From IMG/VR virus record IMGVR_UViG_3300016665_000824, positions 1-64,000 of that record: a stretch of DNA of 64,000 nucleotides, one strand, 5' to 3'. The position numbers were made by a program, and so were the translations under genes. This stretch comes from a virus. Below, piece by piece: positions 36,473 to 46,220 of the stretch; within the stretch, counting starts at the first letter, position 1, and each line of letters begins with the position of its first letter. The notes below the pieces were generated by a model. The model did not search any database and was not told where the DNA came from. It saw only the letters and a program-made list of their open reading frames with translations.

Positions 36473-36715
36473 TTAGGAAGCCTTGAGACCCTCCAATACG
36501 ATCTGAGATTCTTCGAGCATCTGACGATCGCCTGTTCGCTGGCAGATATAAAAATAGCTGTCAGCATCATAATCATATAAACGCCGCTTGATCGTATAAG
36601 ACTTATTGGCGTACAAAATCCTTGTTCCTAGTTGGTATTTGGGAATTCCAATCGCGTAGCTTGCACTTTTTGCTGTCATATTGTGTTCGTGGGGATATCG
36701 CCACAAATCTACCAC
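36473..36715 (-). CDS. hypothetical small protein (80 aa; 68 aa if ATG 36679 is used)
   Basis: GTG start lies inside the CCACAAA motif pair; internal ATG may be the real start. Confidence 0.45.
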   Translation of the reverse strand: MVDLWRYPHEHNMTAKSASYAIGIPKYQLGTRILYANKSYTIKRRLYDYDADSYFYICQRTGDRQMLEESQIVLEGLKAS

Positions 36716-36718
36716 AAA
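36701..36718. promoter_or_regulatory. CCACAAA-N4-CCACAAA direct-repeat motif (operator candidate)
   Basis: same architecture at 59935-59952 and, reverse-complemented, at 63679-63696. Confidence 0.5.
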
Positions 36719-36787
36719 AATAGGTTAAAATAATTTATTCGCCGCAGCGTTGTAGCGCTCGGCGTGTGAATCACCAACCATAACTTA

Positions 36788-37321
36788 GTGACTACACATA
36801 TGATACGAGCAATTCGTGCAATCGTCGAGCTTGATGATTTTTCTTTCGATGCGTACCAAATGCCAGACGGTGAAAAGCGCATTGGGTTTTTGGGAGCTTC
36901 CAACGTTTTAGGCTATGCTGACAACTGGTTGGGCAGGTTACATAAAGGCGATTCTCGGCAGCTAAAGGCTATACAGGGTATGGGTTATAGCGGCTTACAA
37001 ACCGAGGTCGAAATCATTCAACGGGGTAGGGAGATTAGCGCCTACGGGACTCGTGCAAATACTATCTCTCTTCGGGATTTTATTAAACTTGTAACTTATG
37101 AGGCTATCAAGAAAACAAATACCCGCGCAATTACTATTCTTGCCTCAATGGCTGAGTTTGGTTTTGAGCAAGTCATTGACATGGCTTTTGCTGGCAACCC
37201 AATGGATGAAATCCTTTCAAAGATCGTTCACTTTAGTCTATGGACTCAAGAAGAATGGGAGCAAGCTTTGGCGGATAACAGGGAAGACTTAGCTAATTTG
37301 CGACTTGGGATGTGGCGATAA
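36788..37321 (+). CDS. opposite-strand moron gene inside tail module; hypothetical protein (177 aa)
   Basis: only + strand gene within the 35-kb minus operon; bracketed by bidirectional terminator and the CCACAAA motif region; start GTG 36788 or ATG 36800. Confidence 0.6.
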   Translation: MTTHMIRAIRAIVELDDFSFDAYQMPDGEKRIGFLGASNVLGYADNWLGRLHKGDSRQLKAIQGMGYSGLQTEVEIIQRGREISAYGTRANTISLRDFIKLVTYEAIKKTNTRAITILASMAEFGFEQVIDMAFAGNPMDEILSKIVHFSLWTQEEWEQALADNREDLANLRLGMWR

Positions 37322-37351
37322 GGTAACAAGGACTTGAGTCCTTGTTACCTT
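37320..37351. terminator. bidirectional terminator hairpin (14-bp stem) between convergent moron and tape-measure genes
   Basis: AAGGTAACAAGGAC ttga GTCCTTGTTACCTT; both stop codons lie in or at the stem. Confidence 0.65.
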
Positions 37352-40300
37352 ACTCCGCTAGTAACACCCGCTACTCGTCTCAAGACATTATTAAGCGTGT
37401 CATTAACAGCCTTCTGGACATCATTGCCCACACCCGCCGCAGAACTAATGTTGCTTTGAGTATTGATAGCGATCGGGGCATTAACCGTAATATTTCCACT
37501 TGTACCCAGAGCCGCACCCGTAGGATTGCCCTGTTGCTGAGGAACAAGATCTTTACCGCCAAGACTACCGAAAGCCTGCGCCAATGCCTCCGCTCTTTGA
37601 AGTTGTCCTTCGTCAAGCAAGGCGATCGGCTTGTCGAGTTTCTTCTGGGCTTCCTCAAATGCCTTGTCGTCGATCTTCAATGTCACGGGGTTCTCGGAGA
37701 TTTGCTTCGACACACGGTTAAATTCCGCTTCCAGTCCTGCGGTTAAATCTTTAACCTTGAGATCTGGGGCAACCAACACCTTGGAGAAGCCTTCATCGAT
37801 TTGCTGAGTTAACTTGTCGAACGAAGACGCGATCGCCTGTTCTGGCTTTGCTTCCTCCGTAGGTTTGCCACCGTACTTAGCGTTAAGCTCCTCAAACGAG
37901 TTGGCTTGAGCAGGATACTTCTTGTTAAGCTCCTCAAAGCTGCCTGCCATGCCCTTGTCGGGATATTTCTTGGCTAACTCCTCAAAGCTAGTAGCGAACG
38001 GTGCGTTATCAGGCTTTGGTTCGGGTGCAGCCGTAAATACTCCGCCCTGCTCAACCTGCCCAAGCAATGCCGAGGTGGGGTTCTTAAACGAAGCACCGCG
38101 AACATTAACAGGTTGGCTTGCCGCAGCCACAGCATTACTTACATCCGTGGTAGTCAATGCTGCTGTACCCGTATTTTGAGTTAAGCGAGCAAGCTGCTCT
38201 CGTTGTAGGCGCTCTTGCAGCGCAGGATCTCTAGTTGCGCCAATAACATCGCCGATCGCCGTATTAGTTTCGCCTTGCTGTTTATTGGCAAGAGCTTGAC
38301 GATCATTCTTGTTGACAATCTCGTTAACCTTGGCTTCGTCGGCAATGAAACCCTTTTCTTGCTGCAATCCACCCAATTCAAGAAAGTTCTTCTCCTGTCC
38401 AAGCTTGGCTTGAGCAAGTTTAAGCTTCGCCTCTTCGGACTGGGGACGTAGTTTAACCTCCAACTCGGCGGCTTTGATAGCAGCATCCTGTGAGGCAATG
38501 TCCACCTTCTTCTTGGCGATCGCGATTTCATTTTCGACCTTCTTGCGTTCAAGCAATAGGTCACGCTTCTGGATTTCCCGCTCCAAGGACTCGGCTTCAA
38601 ACTTTTGCTGTTGCTTGAGGGAATTAAGCTTAAGAACGGCAAGTTTTTCCGCAAGAATCAGCTTTTTCTCTTCGAGTTCGAGATCGGCAAAGTTGCCCTG
38701 ACCACCTGCGGCACGGATGGCAGCTTGTTGGCGATCGTAGATCTTGTTGAGAGCAGCAAACTCTGACTCGCGTAATGCCACTGTAGACTGGGCAAGTTTA
38801 TTTGCCGACTCGGATAGGCGGCTTTGATTCTCAAGCCCCTTTTCTAGTGCGGTGAATAATAGTTTTTGACGTTCAAGCTTGAGGTTTTGCTGCTCAATCG
38901 TGACCGCATACTTTTGTGATTCCAAGACTAGGCGATCGCGCACTGCGGAAACTAATCCTTCAATCGCCGCGAGTTCGGCTTCAGCGAGCTGTTTGGATAG
39001 TTCAGCAACCTTGATTAGATTAGCGTTCTTAGTTTCCTTGCTAACACCAACGCCCTTCTTCTCAAGATCGGCGATCGCCTTCTGCTTTTGTTGTTCGAGT
39101 TGCAGCTCTAAAGTGATACTGCGTTTACGTTCGGCAGTTTCTTGAAGCTTAATTTCAGATTCAAGCTTAATTCCCGACTTGCGGAGTTGAGCTATCTGAG
39201 CAAGACGCTGAGTCTCGCCAACCTTTTCGGCGGCAAGGGTCTCCTTAATCTGTGCATCCAATCCCTTAACAAAGCGCTCGGAACGGGCTTTGGCTATTTT
39301 TGCCTCAGCGTCCTTCCGTTTGTTGTCGGCATCCTCTTCTAATCGCGCTTTCTGGGCGGCGGTAGCCTTAACTAGATCAAGCTCTTTTTTGTTTGCGTCA
39401 GCAATAGAGTTTTTCGCCAAGTTTTGACGTTCGGCATCTGGCTTTGCGATTGAGGAAAGTTGATCCCTCTTTGTCTGCAACGTCCGAAGTTCAGACTCTT
39501 TCTTGGCGATCGCGTCCTGTTCCGCCTTGATCTGTGCGGTGTACTCCGAGGAATTAAAAAATGGCGCGTCTTTTACGGTGTTGAATCGCTGTAATGTCTC
39601 CGCATTCCCAGCTTTCAGACTAGACAAGGCTTTTTCCCCATCTTCAATCTGCTTCGTAATTCCCTCTAGCTGTCCCTGAGTATCCTCTGACAACTTTAAG
39701 GTGCTATCCAAGGTTCCTTTCTGGCTCTGGAGGCTATTAAGTCTTGATTGCAACACAGCAAGCTCGTCCGTTACTTTCTTAACGTCCTCGGCAGCGTTAT
39801 CTCCCGCAACACCCGTACTTATAGACTCTTGGAGAGCCTTCTTCCTTGCCTCTGCATCTTTGATCTGTTGACTGGTATCGTCGATCTTTCCTTGCAAGAC
39901 AGGAGCTTGAGCTTCCCTGACCTGCCGTATCTTTGAAGGATCTCCAGTTGCAGCAGCTAACTGCGCTTCCGCCAACTCGCGATCGCGCTTAATCTGTTGT
40001 TTCTGCTCATTAGCGTTGGTCTCCAAGATCTGCTGTCTTGCTCTTAGAGCCTTTTGATCGGCTTCAGACTGGGCTTGAATCTTCTTCTCCTCTAATTGTC
40101 CAGAGAGGGCGATCGATTCAGACTCAGAGATTCGCCCCGTGGCGAGCAAAGCTTGAATCTGGGAAAGTTGAGCGTCATAAATAGCTATGCGGCGATCCGC
40201 CTCCTTTTTGTACGCGGCAGTAATCGCTTCTTGAGCCTTTATCTGTAAATCGCGATCGGCAGAGACATTCGTAGCTACTTTTTGAAACGCTCCCGCAACT

Positions 40301-43300
40301 TCGTCTGCACGGAGAATCCCTGCATCTTGAAGGGCGTTAGCCGTTTCAAGCAACTCGCCCAACTTCGCCTTAAATAGCGCAGGATCTCCCGCAGACTTGT
40401 TTAAAGCGTCAAGGGCTGCATTATATTTTGAAGTTGCCTGCTCGATCGCATTACCAATACGAGGAAGATCAATAGCCTGAATTTGCAGGTTTACCGACTT
40501 GTAGGATTCTTGAAGTTTTCTAAGGGCTTCAAGTTCTCGATCTCTTTCTGCGTCTAAACCTTCTACAGCTTGAACCTGATTAATGATTGCCTCGATATTG
40601 TTGTTTCTTTCGGCGATCTCCTTCTTCTTATTCTCGATCTGAATATCAAAACGCGCAGCACCATCTTTGTCGCTTAGCGCTTCCGCCTTGGACTTTTCCT
40701 GCTCTAATTTAATTAAATCCTCTTGGAGTTTCTTCTGAGCAGACAGTCCTATTCCTAGATCAACCCGCCGAGAAGCTGACTGATTTAAGACGTTTTTATT
40801 ATCTTGCAATCTTATTTGGACGGCTTTCTCTTCAAGATTTCCTGCGCGATCGCCTAGACCTAACTTGTCGGAAGCGCCAAACGTTACCGTTCTTAGCCCC
40901 TCTCTTGCCGCGTCACCTGTAAGAGCAAAACCTTCTGTAACGCGAGTACCAATATTGTCTCTCTCTTTTTTAACCTTCTCCCTCAACGCGTCTTCGGAGT
41001 TGGTTGGTTTGCTTTGTAATCCCCTCAACTCTTTGAGTTTTGCGAGCTGTTGATCATACAGCTTTAAAGTGGGGTCATCTTGGAGGATGCTCTTGTCTTG
41101 GATTGAGGCAACATATTTTTCGCGTTCTGAGGTTAGGTTTGCTAGCTCAGAAGCGGCATCCTTTCCTTGCGATTTGTTTAGGATCGCAACCCTTGCGTCA
41201 CTATCTTTGAGCGCATCGTTGAGTTTGTCTACATTGGCTGTAGCTGCTTTTGTTTCCTGATCGACGTAGCCAACCAAGGTTGTTATTGCGGCGAAAGCTG
41301 CGCTTAACAATAATGTAGGACCAATTTCTGCGGCGAGGGCGGCGAAGGATTTGCTGATACCTTTGACATTCTCGGAAATAAACGAGGTAGCGCCTACAGC
41401 ACCCTTTTTGAGGTTTGAATAAAGTCCACCGACACTAACGTTCGCGTTTTGAGTGAAATCAGCAAAGCTAGACTTAGCTCGCGAGCCAAAATCTTTGACA
41501 CCAGAAAGAGCATCTTGGAAACCTGTCTTTAACCCAGCACCTAAATTTTTGAGGCTTAAATCGGGGAGAGAAATAGACTTGACTTGATTGACAAACTTAT
41601 CTATAGCGATACGAGAATTAGCCAAAGAAGCGGGAATATTTAGCTCTCTAAAGAACTTATCGAGTCCCAGTCTCGCGTTTGCAAGAGAGGTAGGGACGTT
41701 GATCTGGGAAAATGCTTTTTCAACCCCGTTGCGGAGGTTTACCAGCGAGGCAGGAATGTTGATATTTGCAAAGGCGTTCCGAATGCTAGCTTTAGTATTC
41801 TCAATTTGCGCGGGGAGATTTGCAAAGATACCAGTTTTTTGACTCGAATCCTGACTGAACCTTCCCTTAATGTCAGATATAAAACTACCAATAGAGTCGC
41901 CCAAGGACTTCAAAGAAGTTTTTGTCTTTGTGGCGATCGCTCCAATATCTTCTGCGAACTGTTTTGTGAACGGGACGGGAATTGGATTGGCAATAATCTG
42001 ACTTCGGAGCGACTTGATTCTGTCGGTAGTCTCCTGATAACTTTTAAGAGCCGCCGCACGAGCTTCGGGGGTTAACGACAGATCTGTAGAGTCTTTTTGG
42101 CTCACGATCGCCTGCTGTTTTAGTCCAGAGACCTCTCGTTTAGCGGCGACAACCTGAGTAGGATTTAGAGTCGTTGACTGAACTGGCTTGCCCCCAAGTA
42201 TTTCTCGAACACTATCGTTTAGCTTCTTGATGCGCCCAAAGGTTTCGCCAATACTGGCTCCAGCACCGCTAATTCCCGTGTTAATTGTCTTAAATACATT
42301 GGAGATTGTGCCACCAAACAGCTTGGTAACAGCGATCGCGATTAGCAATCCGCCAACTACTTTTTGAAAAGGATTGGAGTTCTCGCCAAAAGTAAAGAAC
42401 GGCAATATCGTGTCTGCAACCACCTTAATTACTGGTGCTAATACCGACCCTACCGTATCCGCAAACTTACGAATAGCTGCGGTTACATCCTGAATGATTT
42501 TTTGTAGACCTTTGTTCTTCAGGATTAACTGATCGAAGAAGACAAAACCAACAAATGTTCCAGCACCCAACAAGGCTGTTGATACGGCAAAAGACCTTGC
42601 CGCAGCTCCTGCCGCTTTTAATGAATTAGAGAAGATGCTGTTTACTTTCTCGGTATTTGTAGCGACATCGGCAAACTTGCCCAAGCTCTTGGCTGCGTCC
42701 GCAATCAACGGGCTAAACGAGCCAAATAGTTGGGACTTACCAACAATGCCTGAGAAAGCTGTTAAGGCGATCGGCGCTGCCTTCGTAAATCCTTGCAGTG
42801 CGGTTCCTAGCGCAGGAAATGCTTGAGTAAGTCCAATCAGTTTTACCCCAAAGCCACCTAGTGTTGGCAAAGCGGCAGTTATAACTCCCGCGAATGGCGA
42901 GAACGCACCGAGAACTTTGCCCAACTCTTTTTGGACTAAGCCAGCAGCACCAGGGATCTTGTTTAGATTCTCCGCCAACAACAGGAATCCAGCAGACCCT
43001 CGACCGACAACCGAACTTAAATTAGCAAAAGTGTTGACAACCCCGTTAGTACGCTTGTCAAGCAGGAAGAGAACTTCTCCCAAACCTGGTACAAGATTAA
43101 ACATCAACGAGAAGCCTTTGTTTAATGCCCCGATCGCGCCCGAAAGAACTTTTGCGCCGACGGAGATGCCGATCCAAATCCCTCCAAGAGGACCTACAAC
43201 ACCTGCAATTTGTTCAAACACATTAATAGCTGGCTGAACAACAGCAAGAGTAAGGCTCATCGCATCGGAAAAAGCCTTTACTGCGCCAGCGAGAGACTTG

Positions 43301-45780
43301 AATAGGTATTCTGGAACCTGCCCAAAGATCTGGAAGAATGGCCCCGCGAGACTTTTTAGGGTCGCAATCACGTTCTTGAATACGTCAAACAGTATTCCTG
43401 CGAGACTCCCTACTTGAGCAGCGATCGCGTCTTTATTCTTTGAGAAATACTGGTAAAACCCGTCAAGTTCCGCTACTAAAGGTGCGAGGAATTTCTCCCC
43501 AGCGAGTCTGCCGATCTCATCAACTAGCTCTTGAATATTGCTAACAATCCCACCCACGGACTGAGCAGCTAGCTTGTTTCCAGACTTAAATGCTTCTAAT
43601 CGACCTAAAAGCTCTTTGACGAAGGTTCCTTGAGACTTCCACTTAGCCACCATCTCATTGTTGAGGTTAAGCGATTTGGCAAGAGCTGAGTTTTGGTCAA
43701 TAGTTCCCGAAGTTATACTAACAACCTCTTGACGGGCTTGATATAAAGGTATGCCAAGCGTTCCGAGTGCGGCGGCGAACGAGGTTGTAATATTAGCAGC
43801 GTCATTCAAGGACGCGCCAATGTTGCTTGCCTGCCCAGCAACGATCTGAAAAACCCCGACAAGATCTTTACTGGTTACGCCGACCAGCTCTAACGAGTCT
43901 TTACGAATTTTATCGATCGCCCCTTCAACCGCAGGGCCAACCGCCTTGATCGCTTGAGTTGGATCTGATACGCGATCGCCATTAACTACGATTCTATTGG
44001 TTGCCGCTAAGCTCGCCTGAGTAGAGAGTAGTTGCTCTTGGAGCCTGATGTTTTGCCCAATCAACAGATCGAAAGGGCCGTTTTGTACAAATCCTTGGAG
44101 TGCCTGCAATCCCAATCCCAAGAAAGCAAGTCTCTGAGATACTTCAAAGATCGCGTTGGTTGCCTTGCCAGCACCTTCGCTAATTAGATTGAATACTTCT
44201 AGTGGTTCCGTCGCCCCCGCCACTGGAGCAACCACTGCGGCGGCAATATCTACAGGTTCTTGCAGCTTCGGGGCTATCTCTTGAGTCTTTTGAAACCCCT
44301 TAACGATAACATCATCAACACTATCGATGACAGTACCGACTTCGGCAAGGATTGTTGATCTCAGTCCATCAACAAAATTCTTACCTGCGATCGCGCCAGT
44401 ATCTTTTAAAAGCGAACTAAATGTTCCGCCAAAAAACTCGTCAATCTTGGTTGCAAGTTTTTGCAGTGAGCCATCCCCGCTTCCGATAGAATCAATCGCC
44501 GCGCCCAACCCTCCGTCAATAGCATCGACAGCTTTTAGGGCTAAATTCCTGAGAGGCGCAAGGATGCTAGTATCTTCTACGCTAAACAAGCTATTGAGAG
44601 CCTGTCCAACGCCTCCCTTTTGAGTCTCTATTAAAGGGCGGAGGATGGCAAAAGCGGATCTTAAATCCTCTGGAATTGCTTTTTCTAGTCCATTAAATAA
44701 CTGTCCAGACAACGCATTTCCAAAATCTTGCAACTCATTAGAGGCAACAATCGACCCCAAATTTGCCACCCCGATCTTGTTGGCAATCAGTTTTGCTAGT
44801 GGTGGTAGTGGCAACTTATCTACAAGCTGAGGGATTCGCCCCGCTAGGCGGTTGATCAGCTCAGATACAGAGCCGCCTAACTGTTCGTCAAGAATTTTAA
44901 ATTGATCGGTCGCCTCAGATCTGCTGCCGACGATTGCCCTGCCGACCGATCCTCCTAAAGCGCTAGATAAGCGCCCTACAACTCTTTGTCCGTCCTCAAC
45001 GTTTGGCGCGATTGCGTTAACGGCAAAAGCTTTAGCAGCACCCGATACCGACCCACCAGCCAACTGCTTCGACACTTCCGACAGCAATCCAGTTTTTGCC
45101 GCAGTCCGAAATGAGTTGGCGACAATTGAGGTTAAATCCGCCCCGAAAGCTTGGTTAACAATACCTTTTAAAGCGTCGGGGAGTCCTCCCCCAACAACGC
45201 CCGAAATGAGTGAGTCGGCGATCGCGTTATCTAGCGTTCCAGTAAAAGCCTCAACTCCCACTCCAAGCTTGCGCTGAATTTCTTGATTTAGCTTTGAAGC
45301 CCTAACATTTGCTTCTAACGCTTTACCGAAACTGTTTGCAGAATCGCTAAGTATCTGCGTAATTCTCTTGCCGTTATCCGAAAATATTGCAGACTGAGCT
45401 TGCTCTGCCGACTGCTTAGATAAGAATCCTCCTCCGACATCTTTTCCTGCAGAGGTAATCCCCTTGATTACCTTTGAGAGCGGAGCTAGTTTTGAAACTG
45501 CACTGTCGGCGACATTCGAGATCTGTTCTAAAAATATTTTGCCCGACTGCGTATCTAGTACATCTCGAACCGACTGAATTGCGTCTCTCAGCCCTCCAAA
45601 CGTGCCAATCGCGGTTGCCCCTACCGTGCTGATCGTTCCGCCAAGGGCTTGTACAGATCCCTTTGTTACGTCCGCAACAACACCAACACTTTTTAGACCA
45701 GCAGCTATCTCCGAAACTTGTTTGCTTGCTTGATCTTTCGCCTGTATTAAGATCTCAACAATATTGGTTTGCGGAGCCAT
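37345..45780 (-). CDS. tape measure protein (2811 aa)
   Basis: giant ORF with Gly/Ala-rich hydrophobic N-terminal half and ~1000-aa coiled-coil (Q/E/K/A-rich) half, upstream of baseplate/fibre genes. Confidence 0.75.
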   Translation of the reverse strand: MAPQTNIVEILIQAKDQASKQVSEIAAGLKSVGVVADVTKGSVQALGGTISTVGATAIGTFGGLRDAIQSVRDVLDTQSGKIFLEQISNVADSAVSKLAPLSKVIKGITSAGKDVGGGFLSKQSAEQAQSAIFSDNGKRITQILSDSANSFGKALEANVRASKLNQEIQRKLGVGVEAFTGTLDNAIADSLISGVVGGGLPDALKGIVNQAFGADLTSIVANSFRTAAKTGLLSEVSKQLAGGSVSGAAKAFAVNAIAPNVEDGQRVVGRLSSALGGSVGRAIVGSRSEATDQFKILDEQLGGSVSELINRLAGRIPQLVDKLPLPPLAKLIANKIGVANLGSIVASNELQDFGNALSGQLFNGLEKAIPEDLRSAFAILRPLIETQKGGVGQALNSLFSVEDTSILAPLRNLALKAVDAIDGGLGAAIDSIGSGDGSLQKLATKIDEFFGGTFSSLLKDTGAIAGKNFVDGLRSTILAEVGTVIDSVDDVIVKGFQKTQEIAPKLQEPVDIAAAVVAPVAGATEPLEVFNLISEGAGKATNAIFEVSQRLAFLGLGLQALQGFVQNGPFDLLIGQNIRLQEQLLSTQASLAATNRIVVNGDRVSDPTQAIKAVGPAVEGAIDKIRKDSLELVGVTSKDLVGVFQIVAGQASNIGASLNDAANITTSFAAALGTLGIPLYQARQEVVSITSGTIDQNSALAKSLNLNNEMVAKWKSQGTFVKELLGRLEAFKSGNKLAAQSVGGIVSNIQELVDEIGRLAGEKFLAPLVAELDGFYQYFSKNKDAIAAQVGSLAGILFDVFKNVIATLKSLAGPFFQIFGQVPEYLFKSLAGAVKAFSDAMSLTLAVVQPAINVFEQIAGVVGPLGGIWIGISVGAKVLSGAIGALNKGFSLMFNLVPGLGEVLFLLDKRTNGVVNTFANLSSVVGRGSAGFLLLAENLNKIPGAAGLVQKELGKVLGAFSPFAGVITAALPTLGGFGVKLIGLTQAFPALGTALQGFTKAAPIALTAFSGIVGKSQLFGSFSPLIADAAKSLGKFADVATNTEKVNSIFSNSLKAAGAAARSFAVSTALLGAGTFVGFVFFDQLILKNKGLQKIIQDVTAAIRKFADTVGSVLAPVIKVVADTILPFFTFGENSNPFQKVVGGLLIAIAVTKLFGGTISNVFKTINTGISGAGASIGETFGRIKKLNDSVREILGGKPVQSTTLNPTQVVAAKREVSGLKQQAIVSQKDSTDLSLTPEARAAALKSYQETTDRIKSLRSQIIANPIPVPFTKQFAEDIGAIATKTKTSLKSLGDSIGSFISDIKGRFSQDSSQKTGIFANLPAQIENTKASIRNAFANINIPASLVNLRNGVEKAFSQINVPTSLANARLGLDKFFRELNIPASLANSRIAIDKFVNQVKSISLPDLSLKNLGAGLKTGFQDALSGVKDFGSRAKSSFADFTQNANVSVGGLYSNLKKGAVGATSFISENVKGISKSFAALAAEIGPTLLLSAAFAAITTLVGYVDQETKAATANVDKLNDALKDSDARVAILNKSQGKDAASELANLTSEREKYVASIQDKSILQDDPTLKLYDQQLAKLKELRGLQSKPTNSEDALREKVKKERDNIGTRVTEGFALTGDAAREGLRTVTFGASDKLGLGDRAGNLEEKAVQIRLQDNKNVLNQSASRRVDLGIGLSAQKKLQEDLIKLEQEKSKAEALSDKDGAARFDIQIENKKKEIAERNNNIEAIINQVQAVEGLDAERDRELEALRKLQESYKSVNLQIQAIDLPRIGNAIEQATSKYNAALDALNKSAGDPALFKAKLGELLETANALQDAGILRADEVAGAFQKVATNVSADRDLQIKAQEAITAAYKKEADRRIAIYDAQLSQIQALLATGRISESESIALSGQLEEKKIQAQSEADQKALRARQQILETNANEQKQQIKRDRELAEAQLAAATGDPSKIRQVREAQAPVLQGKIDDTSQQIKDAEARKKALQESISTGVAGDNAAEDVKKVTDELAVLQSRLNSLQSQKGTLDSTLKLSEDTQGQLEGITKQIEDGEKALSSLKAGNAETLQRFNTVKDAPFFNSSEYTAQIKAEQDAIAKKESELRTLQTKRDQLSSIAKPDAERQNLAKNSIADANKKELDLVKATAAQKARLEEDADNKRKDAEAKIAKARSERFVKGLDAQIKETLAAEKVGETQRLAQIAQLRKSGIKLESEIKLQETAERKRSITLELQLEQQKQKAIADLEKKGVGVSKETKNANLIKVAELSKQLAEAELAAIEGLVSAVRDRLVLESQKYAVTIEQQNLKLERQKLLFTALEKGLENQSRLSESANKLAQSTVALRESEFAALNKIYDRQQAAIRAAGGQGNFADLELEEKKLILAEKLAVLKLNSLKQQQKFEAESLEREIQKRDLLLERKKVENEIAIAKKKVDIASQDAAIKAAELEVKLRPQSEEAKLKLAQAKLGQEKNFLELGGLQQEKGFIADEAKVNEIVNKNDRQALANKQQGETNTAIGDVIGATRDPALQERLQREQLARLTQNTGTAALTTTDVSNAVAAASQPVNVRGASFKNPTSALLGQVEQGGVFTAAPEPKPDNAPFATSFEELAKKYPDKGMAGSFEELNKKYPAQANSFEELNAKYGGKPTEEAKPEQAIASSFDKLTQQIDEGFSKVLVAPDLKVKDLTAGLEAEFNRVSKQISENPVTLKIDDKAFEEAQKKLDKPIALLDEGQLQRAEALAQAFGSLGGKDLVPQQQGNPTGAALGTSGNITVNAPIAINTQSNISSAAGVGNDVQKAVNDTLNNVLRRVAGVTSGVR
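37840..37995 (-). repeat. three tandem ~45-nt repeats encoding SFEEL-x-KKYP inside the tape measure gene
   Basis: GCTCCTCAAA recurs three times on + strand; protein repeats SFEELAKKYP / SFEELNKKYP / SFEELNAKYG. Confidence 0.6.
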
Positions 45781-45823
45781 AAGAATAACCGAGAGAGAGT
45801 CTTCTCAGTTATTCTTGTGGGGT

Positions 45824-46171
45824 TTACTTTTGCTTTAGCTTTTCTGGCTCATATCGCGACACCAAGGCGATAAGCAGATCTTGAGACGGCTTTATTTCTG
45901 AGTCAGCCCATTCTTTGAAATACTTGTGATATCTAGAACAGCTAGCCTCGGCTTTAGCGGTTTGCTCTAGGGCTAGCTGCTTCGTGGGGTCGCTATCAGG
46001 GAGGGTCTTTAACCCCTCCTCTTTTCCTAGCAGACTATACGAAGTCGAGCAATACCTGTAATCTTCGGCGATCGCTGTCGCTGCCGACTTGGACTGAAAA
46101 GACCTTACAGCGCCAACTGAAAGCAACGCTAGCACGACTACCGCCCCTAATGTGATTGGATTAAGCTTCAT
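45824..46171 (-). CDS. hypothetical protein with N-terminal signal peptide/membrane anchor (115 aa)
   Basis: internal ATG 46171 of track ORF 45824-46288; N-terminus MKLNPITLGAVVVLALLSVGAV. Confidence 0.5.
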   Translation of the reverse strand: MKLNPITLGAVVVLALLSVGAVRSFQSKSAATAIAEDYRYCSTSYSLLGKEEGLKTLPDSDPTKQLALEQTAKAEASCSRYHKYFKEWADSEIKPSQDLLIALVSRYEPEKLKQK

Positions 46172-46220
46172 TGATTTTTGTGATTTCTTCACGAAGATTA
46201 TAGCGCGATCGCCTCGCAAT

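Noticed and set aside
37380-45000. Many 60-160-aa ORFs on both strands inside the tape measure gene (e.g. 38181-38654, 37922-38179, 42917-43237, 44327-44623)
   Set aside because: All nested within the 8.4-kb ORF; they arise from low-complexity, repeat-rich codons and have junk-like composition.
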